From assembly GCA_038245295.1 (NCBI GenBank), contig JBBRSP010000013.1, positions 64,001-128,000 of the forward strand: a stretch of 64,000 bases of DNA, given 5' to 3'. The position numbers and the translations under genes were made by a program. Below the pieces are notes generated by a model. It was not told where the DNA came from. It made no database searches and saw only the letters and a program-made list of their open reading frames with translations. This document shows, piece by piece, positions 29,122 through 39,949 of the stretch. This stretch comes from Candidatus Binatia bacterium. Its GTDB lineage: Bacteria; Desulfobacterota; Binatia; HRBIN30. Every line of letters starts with the position of its first letter. The stretch's first letter is position 1.

Positions 29122-30591
29122 ATGGTGAATATGGCGGATGAGAGCGTAGGCATCGGCAAAGAATATCCGGCGCGTTCATCGACCGGACCTGTGCACGCCT
29201 TTGGCAACGACGCATTAGGTGACGACGATGCCGTGGCGCTTGCGGAGCGTATCCGCACGCGCCAGGTGAGCGGGGTCGAAGTCGCCGAGGCGGCGATCGC
29301 GCGGGCGCGTCAGGTCGACCCGACGCTCAATGCCATCGCGGTGGAGGATTTTGCCGCGGCTCTCGAGAAGGCGCGGCGACCTGGCGCCGGAGTCTTTTCT
29401 GGTGTTCCAACTTTCGTCAAAGACAATACCGATGTCCGGGGGCTGCCGAGCAACCACGGCTCCCGTGCGGTCAATGCCCGTCCCGCCAAAGCCGATGCTG
29501 GGTTTGCCAGGCAGTTCTTGGCGCAAGGCTTCCTTTGCCTGGGGAAAAGCCGCCTGCCCGAGTTTGGCCTCAATGCAAGCACGGAGTTCATGGGCGCTGC
29601 GCCGGCGCGTAACCCCTGGCACCCGGGATATTCGACCGGCGCGTCTTCCGGTGGCTCCGCCGCTCTCGTGGCCGCAGGGGTGGTACCGCTCGCCCACGCG
29701 AATGACGGTGGCGGTTCAATTCGAATCCCAGCGGCCTGCTGCGGTCTGGTAGGGCTCAAGCCGACGCGTGGCCGCCTGATCTCGCCGGAGGCGGCGCGTG
29801 CACTGCCGGTCAAGATCGTCGTCGACGGAGTTGTCACGCGCAGCGTTCGCGACACGGCACACTTCTTTGCCGCGGCGGAAACCTACTACGCCAATCGCCA
29901 TCTGCCGGCCATCGGGCTGGTGCGGGAGGCGAGCAAGCGACGCTTGCGGATTGGCCTGGTGCTCGACTCGATCACCGGCCACCGTACCGACGATGCGACA
30001 CGCGCTACCGTGCTGGCTACAGCACGTTTGCTGGCGAGCCTGGGCCACACGGTAGATGAAATTCCGATGCCCGTGAGCCCGAGTTTTGCAGCGGACTTCA
30101 GCACGTACTGGGGCATGCTGTCGTTCCTGGTCGCTACGTTCGGCAAGCAGGTGATGAGTCCTGATTTCGATGCATCGAAGTTGGACAATCTCACCGTCGG
30201 TCTGAGCAATCTCTTCAAGAAAAACGCGTGGACGACGCCGGCGGTGATGTACCGGCTGCGGCGTCTCTCCGGTGAATACGCGCGAATCTTTGCGCATCAC
30301 GATCTGGTGCTGTCACCGGTGCTGGCCCACACGACACCGAAGCTCGGATACCTGTCTCCAGAGCAGGGCTTCGATGTGTTGTTCGATAGGCTTCTCAAGT
30401 ACGTCAGCTTCACCCCCCTGAATAATGCTGCCGGGGGGCCCGGTATCTCGCTACCGGCCGGCGCTACCGCCGAAGGTTTACCGATCGCCGTCCACTTCTC
30501 CGCCAACCATGGCGCCGAGCGGACCTTGCTCGAAGTCGCCTTCGAGATCGAGGCGGCGCAGCCGTGGCGACGGATTCAAGATCCGCGCTAG
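29122..30591 (+). CDS. Amidase signature family protein
   Basis: VKD, GASSGGSAA, DGGGSIRIPA (Lys-Ser-Ser triad). Confidence 0.92.
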   Translation: MVNMADESVGIGKEYPARSSTGPVHAFGNDALGDDDAVALAERIRTRQVSGVEVAEAAIARARQVDPTLNAIAVEDFAAALEKARRPGAGVFSGVPTFVKDNTDVRGLPSNHGSRAVNARPAKADAGFARQFLAQGFLCLGKSRLPEFGLNASTEFMGAAPARNPWHPGYSTGASSGGSAALVAAGVVPLAHANDGGGSIRIPAACCGLVGLKPTRGRLISPEAARALPVKIVVDGVVTRSVRDTAHFFAAAETYYANRHLPAIGLVREASKRRLRIGLVLDSITGHRTDDATRATVLATARLLASLGHTVDEIPMPVSPSFAADFSTYWGMLSFLVATFGKQVMSPDFDASKLDNLTVGLSNLFKKNAWTTPAVMYRLRRLSGEYARIFAHHDLVLSPVLAHTTPKLGYLSPEQGFDVLFDRLLKYVSFTPLNNAAGGPGISLPAGATAEGLPIAVHFSANHGAERTLLEVAFEIEAAQPWRRIQDPR

Positions 30592-30621
30592 CCGATCGCG
30601 AAATCCTCAAGATGTCGCTCC

Positions 30622-30651
30622 CCCACTCCCAACAGCCGGGCTGGGAGTGGG
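30622..30651. terminator. Hairpin between convergent genes, possible terminator
   Basis: CCCACTCCCA / TGGGAGTGGG 10-bp stem with 10-nt loop; no clear U-tract. Confidence 0.4.
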
Positions 30652-30662
30652 AGACGTCATGG

Positions 30663-31328
30663 TCAGCTCTCTTTGTGCAGAATCAGCGCCACGGCGTTGA
30701 TCGTTGGCGGGAAGGTAAGAGTCACCGTCGAGTAGGTGCCGTTTAGCTCGAGGCCTTGTCCGCCTTCCAACTGTGCCAGTTGCAACTGCTCGGTGGCGAC
30801 AAGATAGACCAGCGCGTAGGGCGTTGGCGCGGTCACGGTGATCGCGTGCGTCTTGAAGACGTTCCCACGCAGATCGGTGACGACGATTTTCCCGCCGCTG
30901 ACCTCGACCTTGATGAGTGCGTCCTTCATCACGCCTGTGGTTTCGTTGACCGCCTGTCCGCTCCAGGTGCCGAGGACGCTGGCGTACACGCCTGGTGGCA
31001 CGATCGCCGGTGTTGCCGTGAATACCACACCGGGCGTTGGTGTTCGCGTCGGAGTCGGCGTCGCCACCGCTACCGGGCAGCCAGCCAGCGCGGCGTTGAC
31101 GGCGCTGATGATCTCATTAATGGTGACGTCACCGTCGCCGTTCGCATCGATGGCGTTGCATTGACCCACAGAGGCGCTGCCGAGGGCGATGTTTACCCCG
31201 ATAATCAGTTCGTTGACCGTGACCTCACCATCACCGCTGCAATCGCCACCACAAACCGCCATGGCGGTCGTCGCCAGTCCAACTACCGCCAGTGCCCACA
31301 CTCCTGCCGCGAGAAAACCCTTCTTCAT
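30663..31328 (-). CDS. Secreted protein with dockerin/EF-hand-like domain and PT linker
   Basis: Signal peptide; CGGDCSGDGEVTVNELIIGVNIALG...DANGDGDVTINEIISAVNAALAGC; TPTPTRTPTP; GGAGG RBS. Confidence 0.8.
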   Translation of the reverse strand: MKKGFLAAGVWALAVVGLATTAMAVCGGDCSGDGEVTVNELIIGVNIALGSASVGQCNAIDANGDGDVTINEIISAVNAALAGCPVAVATPTPTRTPTPGVVFTATPAIVPPGVYASVLGTWSGQAVNETTGVMKDALIKVEVSGGKIVVTDLRGNVFKTHAITVTAPTPYALVYLVATEQLQLAQLEGGQGLELNGTYSTVTLTFPPTINAVALILHKES

Positions 31329-31433
31329 CAATCCTCCGTCTATTTGCCGTCGCCCGAGACTGCCCACTAGGCACTACGGCCCGCCGGGTTTACCAGACGA
31401 CGATGACAAGAACAGGTAGGCAGCGACGATTGT

Positions 31434-34064
31434 TTACGCCGCGGCGATCGGCAGCGTGACACGAAATTGCGCGCCGCCCTGCGGGTTGTTGAGCGCTGCG
31501 ATGCAACCACCGTGGCCCTCGACAATCGAGCGGCTGATCGTCAGGCCCATACCCAGGCCGGAGGTTTTGGTGGTGAAGAACGGTTCAAACATCCTTTCGC
31601 TAATGTTGGCGCCTAGTCCATCGCCTGTGTCCTCGACGAGGATATCGATCGCCGCGTCGCCCGACGGCGCGGTGCGCACGCTGATGCGCTGTGGCGAACC
31701 GTTGCTGGTCTTGATCGCCTCGAGACTATTCAGCACGAGGTTGAGGACAACTTGACCGATCTGGATTGGGTCGACGCTCACCGCCGGCAGATTCGGCGCC
31801 AGGTCAAGACTCAGCGTGACAGCGTGCTGACGCATCTGGTTGTCGACCACACGCACGGCCTCGCGCACTACCGTGTTGATGTCGGCGTTCTCACGGGTCG
31901 CTTCGCGCTTTTCCACCATGGAGCGTAGGCGTCGGATGATCTCTCCGGCGCGCAGGGCCTGTGTCGCAATCTCCTCCAGAACAGGCAACAACTCGGTGCT
32001 TGGGGCGTCACCACCGACAATCCGGTTGCGGCAACCGCGTGCATAGTTGGCGATCGCGGCGAGGGGTTGGTTGATTTCATGCGCCAGCCCGGCCGCTAAC
32101 TCGCCGATCGTGTGCAGGCGAAGGACGTGTGACAACTCGGCGCGATGCTCGCGTTCGCGTTCCTCGGCTTGCTTGCGATCGGTGATATCTTTGGCGAACA
32201 CCGTCGCCCCGGTGACCTGTTCGTCGCTGAGAATCGGTGTCATCGAGATCAGGTACGAGCGCATCTCGCCACGCATCGGATACTCACGTTCGAACACCAG
32301 GTGCTCTCCGTTCAGAACCCGCGTGTAGAGTGGGAACCACGCGGCGCTCTCGAGGGCGGGCGCACGTGTTTCGAGCGATTCGCCGATGCGCAGCGGCCGC
32401 TGATATGCCTCCTCGAACCACCGAATTGCGACCGGATTGACCACGGCGAGCCGGCAGTCACGATCGATCGACCAAATTGCATCGGTCGTATTGTGGACTA
32501 ACGCTGACAGTTGGCTCTGCGACAATTGCAGTGCCGCCTCCATCTGTTTGCGTGGTGTGATGTCGGTTGAAATACCGCAAATTCCGTAGGCGGCGCCGTA
32601 TGTGTCGCGCATCGGGAACTTCAGGGAAACGTAGGTGTGGTCGCCGTCGTCGTGGGGCACCGTCTCTTCGAATGTGAGTTGGTGACCGGCGGTCAGGACC
32701 TCTAGATCATTTTTGCGGAAGAGCTCCGCCGCCGCGCTTGGGAACATGTCAAAATCCGTGCGGCCGACAACCTGTTCGCGGTCGACGTGGAACACGTCCT
32801 CGTACTGTCGGTTGATGAGAACGTAGCGGCCGTCGACGTCCTTCAAATAGATCATCGCCGTCGTGTTATCGAGAATGTCCTGCAGCTGTTGCCGGCTGCG
32901 TCGGAGAGCCTCGGCGACTTGCCGGCGTTCTTTGATCTCGTCCGCGAGCTTGGAGTTGGCGGCTTCCCATTGGGCGGTGCGTTCGATGACGCGGCGTTCA
33001 AGGTCGGCAGTGAGGCGGGCGATTGCTTCCTCGGCTTGTCGCTGCTCGGTGATTTCCCGGACGACACAGCTGATGGCGGCAACTTCGCCGTGAGTATCTA
33101 CGATTGGCCAGTATCTCGCTCGCCAGTGGCGTGTGACCCCCGGAGCAAGGGGGGTGGTGCCGGTGACTTCCATCTCCGGCGCCGGTTGTCGAGTGGCGAA
33201 GATCCCACGGTAGACAGGTTCAAGGTCATCGGCGAGCTCAGGTAGTATTTCGCGTATGGTGCGGCCTAGGTGCGCCTGGGCGGGAACTCCGTTTATTTCG
33301 GCGAGGGTGTCGTTGATACGCACGAAGCGCAGGTCGCGATCGATCAGGGAGAAGCCGACGGGCGCGGTTTTGTAGAGCGTATCGAGCTGCAGAAGATTGT
33401 CACGGATCTGTGATTCGCGTGCTTGGATAATCGCCGCTGATCTTCGTAGGGCCAGGCCGCGTTCAATCGAAAGCACGCTGTTGCGTCGGCGCACGGCCGC
33501 CGCGTAGAGCGATGCGCCGCAGATGATGATGGTCGCGGCCAGAGGTGGCGCCTGGAGGGCCTGTGTCATGTCACCGGTGGCGCCGGCGATGGCACCGATG
33601 GTCGTGATGGCGATCACAATCAGTGCGGCTACCTGCCCGCCGATGCCCCAAGGGACCGCCGTCGACAGGCTGGCGGCCAGGGCCAGGTTGACCATGATCG
33701 GTGTGACGAGGTCCCCATGCATGGCGAAAGGCCAGGCGTTTTGAATGCAGCCAATCCCGAGAGAGAAAACCGACAGTAGGATAGCCCGGCGAACCGCCCT
33801 GGCGGAGTAGGTCTCGATCCCCAGACCGATCACCACGACGACCAGAATCCAGCGGACCGCCCCGATGCGCAGATCGTGAACCGGCTCAAACAGGATGTCA
33901 GCCAGACCAAAGGTGAAATTGGCGATCAGGCAGATCACCAGCGCGGCACGCAGCAGCGACAAGATTTCCGTGCCAAGCTCAGCGCGGATCTGCGCCGCGC
34001 CGCCACCGGCGACAAGCGGGATGTCTATGGCCGGATCGGTGCGATGACCTCGTTCAAACTGCAT
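31434..34064 (-). CDS. Multi-PAS membrane sensor histidine kinase (FixL-type kinase core)
   Basis: N-terminal TM helices, three PAS/PAC units, AHEINQPL, EPFFTTK, GMGL. Confidence 0.9.
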   Translation of the reverse strand: MQFERGHRTDPAIDIPLVAGGGAAQIRAELGTEILSLLRAALVICLIANFTFGLADILFEPVHDLRIGAVRWILVVVVIGLGIETYSARAVRRAILLSVFSLGIGCIQNAWPFAMHGDLVTPIMVNLALAASLSTAVPWGIGGQVAALIVIAITTIGAIAGATGDMTQALQAPPLAATIIICGASLYAAAVRRRNSVLSIERGLALRRSAAIIQARESQIRDNLLQLDTLYKTAPVGFSLIDRDLRFVRINDTLAEINGVPAQAHLGRTIREILPELADDLEPVYRGIFATRQPAPEMEVTGTTPLAPGVTRHWRARYWPIVDTHGEVAAISCVVREITEQRQAEEAIARLTADLERRVIERTAQWEAANSKLADEIKERRQVAEALRRSRQQLQDILDNTTAMIYLKDVDGRYVLINRQYEDVFHVDREQVVGRTDFDMFPSAAAELFRKNDLEVLTAGHQLTFEETVPHDDGDHTYVSLKFPMRDTYGAAYGICGISTDITPRKQMEAALQLSQSQLSALVHNTTDAIWSIDRDCRLAVVNPVAIRWFEEAYQRPLRIGESLETRAPALESAAWFPLYTRVLNGEHLVFEREYPMRGEMRSYLISMTPILSDEQVTGATVFAKDITDRKQAEEREREHRAELSHVLRLHTIGELAAGLAHEINQPLAAIANYARGCRNRIVGGDAPSTELLPVLEEIATQALRAGEIIRRLRSMVEKREATRENADINTVVREAVRVVDNQMRQHAVTLSLDLAPNLPAVSVDPIQIGQVVLNLVLNSLEAIKTSNGSPQRISVRTAPSGDAAIDILVEDTGDGLGANISERMFEPFFTTKTSGLGMGLTISRSIVEGHGGCIAALNNPQGGAQFRVTLPIAAA

Positions 34065-34229
34065 CCTGTAGTTCGCCCCCTGTGTTGACTGCCCGTATCA
34101 TCGGTCGTCGCATCTCGCTCTCCCCCCGAGATCGAGATGCTACCGAGCTATCAAACGAACAGCAACGTCGTCAGTCCTTACCAGGGCGGGGTGCAAATGC
34201 CACCGCCAGCGTCTAGTTTCCCAGCCACC

Positions 34230-35654
34230 ATGGAGAGCCAACGTCGCGACTTTCGCCATACCAAGATCATCTGCACTCTCGGCCCGGCCAGCTCGACATC
34301 GGAGATGATCGAGAAGATGGCCCGCGCCGGGATGAACATTGCCCGGCTCAACATGTCGCATGGCGATCAGCAGACGCATCTGGCCAACATCCGCCGTATC
34401 CAGTCGCTCAACCGTACGTTGAATCATCCGGTGGCGATTCTGTTGGACCTGCGCGGCCCCGAAATTCGCACAGGTGAGGTTCGTGACGATCTAAATCTCG
34501 TGGTTGGCGAAATCTATACCGTCACCGTCCTTCCCGGCACCGACCCGGAAGAGAAGAGCATCCATATCGATTACCAGGACATGATCTCGCACCTGAAGGA
34601 AGGGGCGCGTATCACGGTCGACAACGGGCTGATCAACCTGGAGGTGGTCGAGATTCGCACCCACGACCTGCGCTGTCGGGTCCTCGACGGCGGCACCCTT
34701 GGGTCGCGCAAACACATCAATCTCCCTGGCGTACGAGTCAATCTTCCGTCGATCACCGAGAAGGACAAAGCCGATATCCGCTTTGGCATCGAGCACGATG
34801 TCGATTTCATTGCCCTGTCGTTCGTGCGCAATGCCGATACCGTCGTGGCGGCGCGCGCTCTGATGGGGGATGCGCGCGGCGGCCCGAGGATCATTGCCAA
34901 GATTGAAAACCAGGAGGGCGTCGAGAATTTCGACAGCATTCTCGCCGTCACCGACGGCGTCATGATCGCCCGCGGTGACCTCGGCGTCGAAGTCGAATTC
35001 TTCGAGCTGCCGGTGATCCAACGGGAAATTACCCGCAAGTGTGTCATCGCCGGCAAGCCGGTGATCGTCGCGACCCATCTGCTTGAGTCGATGATCGAGA
35101 ACCCGATGCCGACACGCGCCGAGGTCAGCGACATCGCCAATGCTGTTTTCGAAGAGGCCGACGCGGTGATGCTGAGCGGCGAGACCGCAGCCGGGAAACA
35201 TCCCGAGCGCTGCATCGAAGTGCTCGACAAGATCGTTCGACGCATGGAGAAGGTCGACTCCATTGGCGCCTATCTGACACGCCAACCGAGCACGACCCTG
35301 GAGCAATTGGCGCGCGCTGCCTGCCGTCTCGCCGACGACATCGATGCACGGGCGATCCTCGTGTTCACGCGGCGTGGCGTCCTCGGGCGTCTTGTTGCCA
35401 GCTTCCATCCGAAACGCGCCATCATTTATGCCTTCACCAACATGAGCACGACGCGCCGCAAGTTGTGGCTGAGCCGCTCGGTCGTACCGTTTCGGATGGC
35501 GTTTTCCAGCGATCCGGAGAAGACGGTCATCGCCGCCTTGGAGAAATTGCGCAAACGCTCACGCCTCATGGCGGGGGATCAGGTGGTGGTGGTCTCGGAT
35601 GTCGTGGCCGGCGCGGAACGTCTGGCAACCATCCAGGTGCGCGTCTTCGCCTGA
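34230..35654 (+). CDS. pyk: Pyruvate kinase (start could be 34197)
   Basis: TKIICTLGP, RLNMSHG, AKIE, MIARGDLGVE, MLSGETA. Confidence 0.96.
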   Translation: MESQRRDFRHTKIICTLGPASSTSEMIEKMARAGMNIARLNMSHGDQQTHLANIRRIQSLNRTLNHPVAILLDLRGPEIRTGEVRDDLNLVVGEIYTVTVLPGTDPEEKSIHIDYQDMISHLKEGARITVDNGLINLEVVEIRTHDLRCRVLDGGTLGSRKHINLPGVRVNLPSITEKDKADIRFGIEHDVDFIALSFVRNADTVVAARALMGDARGGPRIIAKIENQEGVENFDSILAVTDGVMIARGDLGVEVEFFELPVIQREITRKCVIAGKPVIVATHLLESMIENPMPTRAEVSDIANAVFEEADAVMLSGETAAGKHPERCIEVLDKIVRRMEKVDSIGAYLTRQPSTTLEQLARAACRLADDIDARAILVFTRRGVLGRLVASFHPKRAIIYAFTNMSTTRRKLWLSRSVVPFRMAFSSDPEKTVIAALEKLRKRSRLMAGDQVVVVSDVVAGAERLATIQVRVFA

Positions 35655-35760
35655 GGTCGGCGGCTCCGAGGGGGCGTGGACAATCCGTCGTTGACTGTAG
35701 GTTGCAAACAATGATAGCGCGCTCGCTCGTGGAGAAGTCTTGGGGATTGGAGCTAAAACG

Positions 35761-37029
35761 GTGATTTCGAGGTGTCTGCGACTGATTCCGATGGTGCTGC
35801 TGTGTGCACCGATTTGGGGCTGCGGCGGCGAAACGAACGTTTCCGGAACCACGGGGACGTCGCATACCCCGATCAATACACCGACCAAGGCGGCGACGCG
35901 GACGCGCACCATCACCCCAACCCGGGTCAATACGGGAACTCCGACCAATACCCCAACGCACACGGCCACTCGGACCGGCACGCCGACGCGAACGGGGACG
36001 CCAACGCAGACCTCGACGCTCCGACCGACGAATACGTTCACGCCGAGCCAAACGTCGCGGCCGTCTAATACCCGCACCCCGACAAACACCGCGACGCCGC
36101 TCGTCAGCCTGACACCGACGCTGAGCCCGCAGCCGACGCTGACGCCGACCATTACCAATACTCCCGAGCCAACCGCCACAGCGTCGCAGACCTCGACTCC
36201 GACGATTTCGGCGACGGCAACCGCCAGCCCGAGTGTCACCGAAACTCCTGAGGTCGCACCGCTTGGCAGCAGGACATTCAGTCTCGCGGCCGGCTCAGGG
36301 TTTTACAGCTCGTTCGTCCCGACCTCGAAGCTGGGAACGCCGAGTGGTTCGATGCGACTCGACGCCGGGGCGCCCGGCGGCAATGGACACGCGACGGTCA
36401 CCGTTACCGGCCCCAGCAACTTCACCACGGTGCTCGCCCTTGGCGGTGTCACGCTGTGTACGCGCATCGAGTCGTGCACCGGAACTCTTTACTGTAACGG
36501 TGGGGCCAACGTTGATGCGACGGAAACGCTCGATAGCCTCGTGCCCGGCCTCACCTGTGTCCGCGATGGCACCAATATGTGTACGACAGCCGCCAACAGC
36601 GTGTGTTGCAGCAACGCTTGCGAAGGCACCGGTGTGGGCAGCGGCAATACTGTGGTTAGCGCCCAGGGGGTGAACCCGGCGGTCGATAGCGGCGCAGGGG
36701 CGCTCATTCTGGACTGCATGCAACGATCGAAGCAAGTGGAGCGCACGACCGGTGTCAACTGTGCGACCGAGGACTACTCGGCGGCTGGCTTGTCGCACCA
36801 GTTCTACACGACCGGCAGTGATGCCGCCGTTGTTACCAATCACTGTGCGGGGTCGGGCGCCCCGGGAACGCGCGTGCCGCGTTTCACCAAGACAGGCCAG
36901 AACTTCAGCTGCGCCATGTGGACGTTGACGAGCGGCCCCGGCAGCCTGGCGTTCGCGATCCCCAGCGAGCAACCGTCCGACGTCATCACCGGCGACGGCT
37001 CGAACGTCGGCGTGTTCAGTAGCCACTGA
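35761..37029 (+). CDS. Thr/Pro-rich lipoprotein with Cys-rich C-terminal domain (start uncertain, 35740-35791)
   Basis: Lipobox-like IWGC; ~130-aa TPT low-complexity stalk; multiple Cys in the C-terminal domain. Confidence 0.7.
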   Translation: MISRCLRLIPMVLLCAPIWGCGGETNVSGTTGTSHTPINTPTKAATRTRTITPTRVNTGTPTNTPTHTATRTGTPTRTGTPTQTSTLRPTNTFTPSQTSRPSNTRTPTNTATPLVSLTPTLSPQPTLTPTITNTPEPTATASQTSTPTISATATASPSVTETPEVAPLGSRTFSLAAGSGFYSSFVPTSKLGTPSGSMRLDAGAPGGNGHATVTVTGPSNFTTVLALGGVTLCTRIESCTGTLYCNGGANVDATETLDSLVPGLTCVRDGTNMCTTAANSVCCSNACEGTGVGSGNTVVSAQGVNPAVDSGAGALILDCMQRSKQVERTTGVNCATEDYSAAGLSHQFYTTGSDAAVVTNHCAGSGAPGTRVPRFTKTGQNFSCAMWTLTSGPGSLAFAIPSEQPSDVITGDGSNVGVFSSH

Positions 37030-37185
37030 AGCTAGCGGTTGGCTGCTCCTCGGTTACGCGGTCAGGGAGAAGGGTCATCTGTCCCCCGCGCCAGCCGCTA
37101 GCCGCGTGACGCCGCGCCTTACGCTACTGGATCGAACCCGTCGTTCTGACTATTGTCCGGCGACTCATTTGTTGGAGGCTACACC

Positions 37186-38982
37186 ATGACTACTTACGCA
37201 GCGCCGCTGCGCGATATCGAATTCGTCCTCAATGACCTGCTCGACTACAACCAGTTGACGGGGATCGAGCGTTTCGCGCACGCCGACGTGGCGGTGGTTC
37301 ACGACCTTCTCACTGAAGCCGGGCGTTTCATGGGCGAGACGATCGCGCCGCTCAATCAGAGTGGCGACGTGCAAGGCAGCGTGCGTAATGCCGACGGTTC
37401 GGTGACCACACCAAAGGGATTCGCCGCGGCCTATTCGGCCTATGTTCAGGGTGGCTGGGGCGCTGTGCCATTTGAGCCGGAGTTCGGCGGTGGTGGCTTC
37501 CCGTGGATCATCGGCGTCGCTCTGCAGGAGATCCTGTGCTCCGCCAACATGGCGTTCTCGATGGCGCCGCTGCTGACGCAGGGAGCCATCGATGCGGTGG
37601 AGCACCAGGCCAGCGCCGAGCTCAAGGCCACCTATCTGCCCAAGATGGTGAGCGGCGAGTGGACCGGTACCATGAACCTCACCGAGCCCGACGCCGGCAG
37701 CGACGTTGGTGCCGTGCGCACGCGTGCCGACAAGCAGGCCGACGGCACGTACAAGATCAAAGGCACCAAGATCTACATTACCTTCGGCGAGCACGACATG
37801 GCGGACAACATCGTCCACCTGGTGCTGGCTCGCACGCAGGGCGCTCCCGCCGGAACCCGTGGGATCTCGTGCTTCATTGTGCCCAAGTTCCTGGTGAACG
37901 CCGATGGCAGCCTGGGCGAGCGCAACGACGTGAGTTGCGTGTCGATCGAACACAAGATGGGCATCAAGGCGAGCCCGACCTGTGTGCTCGAGTTCGGCGA
38001 GAAGGGCGGCGCCATAGGCTACCTGCTCGGCGAAGAAAACCGCGGCATGCAGACCATGTTCATCATGATGAACCAGGCTCGATTGTCGGTTGGCCTCGAA
38101 GGTCTGAGTCTGGCGGAACGGGCGTACCAACAAGCGTTGGCCTTCGCGCAGGAACGCCGCCAAGGGCGCGCCCCGGGAGCGCAAGGTGGCGGTTCGTCGG
38201 CGATCATCGAGCACCCCGATGTGCGTCGCATGCTGCTGACGATGAAGTCGACGATCGAGGCAATGCGTCGCTTACACTACTGGAATGCACTGGCCATCGA
38301 TCTCGGGCGCCATCATGGTGACGAAGCGGTGCGCAACCACAACAACGAAGTGGCGGCGCTGCTGACGCCCCTGTCGAAGGCGTGGGCCACGGATATGAGC
38401 AACGAGCTCACCGGCATCGCCATCCAGGTGCACGGCGGCATGGGCTTTATCGAAGAGACCGGTGTGGCGCAGCATTACCGCGATGCGCGTATTACGACGA
38501 TCTACGAAGGCACCAATGGTATCCAGGCGATGGATCTGGTCGGTCGCAAGCTGCCGATGCGCGGCGGGGCCGCGGTGCGCGACCACCTTGGCACCATCGG
38601 TGCCCTTGATCCCGAGCTCGCCAAACATCCCGAGTTGGCGCAGATGCGCGACGAGCTGCACAAAGCGCTGACGGCGACGTCGGAGGCCACCGAGTGGCTG
38701 CTCAAACACGGCTCGGATGGCACCGCATTGCTGTCCGCCGCGACACCCTACCTCAAGTTGTTGGCGACGGTGACGGCGGCATCCCTGATGGCACGTTCGG
38801 CACTCGTGGCGCTCAAGCAGTTGGCCGCCGGGGGCGGCGACGAAAAGTTCCTGCGCGCCAAGGTGACGACGGCCCGATTCTTCTGCGAGCAGCTGTTGCC
38901 GCCGACGTGTGGTTTGTTGACGTCGGTAACCGCGGGCTCGACACACCTCTTCGATCTCGACGCTCAGGCGCTCAACGCGTAG
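37186..38982 (+). CDS. Acyl-CoA dehydrogenase
   Basis: TMNLTEP, GTKIYIT, EHKMGI, GGMGFIEE, IYEGTNGIQ; GGAGG RBS. Confidence 0.95.
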   Translation: MTTYAAPLRDIEFVLNDLLDYNQLTGIERFAHADVAVVHDLLTEAGRFMGETIAPLNQSGDVQGSVRNADGSVTTPKGFAAAYSAYVQGGWGAVPFEPEFGGGGFPWIIGVALQEILCSANMAFSMAPLLTQGAIDAVEHQASAELKATYLPKMVSGEWTGTMNLTEPDAGSDVGAVRTRADKQADGTYKIKGTKIYITFGEHDMADNIVHLVLARTQGAPAGTRGISCFIVPKFLVNADGSLGERNDVSCVSIEHKMGIKASPTCVLEFGEKGGAIGYLLGEENRGMQTMFIMMNQARLSVGLEGLSLAERAYQQALAFAQERRQGRAPGAQGGGSSAIIEHPDVRRMLLTMKSTIEAMRRLHYWNALAIDLGRHHGDEAVRNHNNEVAALLTPLSKAWATDMSNELTGIAIQVHGGMGFIEETGVAQHYRDARITTIYEGTNGIQAMDLVGRKLPMRGGAAVRDHLGTIGALDPELAKHPELAQMRDELHKALTATSEATEWLLKHGSDGTALLSAATPYLKLLATVTAASLMARSALVALKQLAAGGGDEKFLRAKVTTARFFCEQLLPPTCGLLTSVTAGSTHLFDLDAQALNA

Positions 38983-39172
38983 CGGCTTTCGACACGCCCC
39001 GTCCTGAACACCGTCGGAGGGCCGCCAAACGGACGGCGGCTCCTCAGACGGGTGAGGGCTCGCCTCGGCTTCTGAGTCCGCCGGCTCAACCTTCACTCCA
39101 ACCCCAACGTGGTCCACGATGCGATCACCTCTCTTGCGGGCTCCATTGAGGCTCCGGTAGTCTCGCTGACCG

Positions 39173-39667
39173 ATGGCTAAAAAACTTGTACTGATCGCCT
39201 CGGACCATGCTGGCGTGGAACTCAAGAAGCTTCTTCAAAAGGCCCTTCCCGACTGGGAATGGCTGGACCTCGGTCCGATCGATACCGCCCGGGTGGACTA
39301 CCCCGACTTTGCGCGCCTCCTCTCGACGAAGATCGTCTCCGGCGAGGCCCGCGAAGGCGTCCTCGTTTGCGGCAGCGGCATTGGCATGAGCATCGCCGCC
39401 AACAAGATCGCCGGGATCCGTGCAGCGGTGGTTGAAAACCCGGTCGCGGCCCGTCTATCGCGCGAGCACAACCACGCCAACGTCCTCTGCCTGGGATCGC
39501 GCTTCATCGCGCCCGAGTACGGCGCCGAGATCGTGCGGATCTGGCTGGAGACGCCGTGGAGCCATGACGGCCGCCACGAGGCGCGGGTCCAGAAAATCAC
39601 CGAGCTTGAAGGAAATCAGAAACGAACGCTTTCCAGCCCGCGAATCAGAGACTCGGTTGACGGTTGA
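39173..39667 (+). CDS. rpiB: Ribose-5-phosphate isomerase B
   Basis: SDHAG, DYPD, CGSGIG, ANK, HNHANV, GRH..R. Confidence 0.95.
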   Translation: MAKKLVLIASDHAGVELKKLLQKALPDWEWLDLGPIDTARVDYPDFARLLSTKIVSGEAREGVLVCGSGIGMSIAANKIAGIRAAVVENPVAARLSREHNHANVLCLGSRFIAPEYGAEIVRIWLETPWSHDGRHEARVQKITELEGNQKRTLSSPRIRDSVDG

Positions 39668-39949
39668 CACCTTGGTGCCGCGAGCGCGGCGCGCGAGGAG
39701 GTGAAAACCTCACGATCAGTGCCCGCCGCCGTTGCGGTGACCAGCAAGGTTTCAGGCATTCATGTAGTCTCTGCTGTCGTTCAAGCACGAACTGCTCGGC
39801 GTCGCCGAGCCAACGCGATGGCAGTGGCAAGGGCACCAGAAACCACGCCGGCGAGGTGTGGCCGCCCGGCGCGATGGCACGGTTCCCATCATACAGCCGA
39901 CGGATCGCCTCCAGACCGCTTCCGCACGGCACTCTCACATCGATGAGGA

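Noticed and set aside
38985..39070. Degenerate TTCGACAC...CCTGA...GTCGGAGG repeat-like element
   Set aside because: Single and too degenerate to support without a genome-wide search
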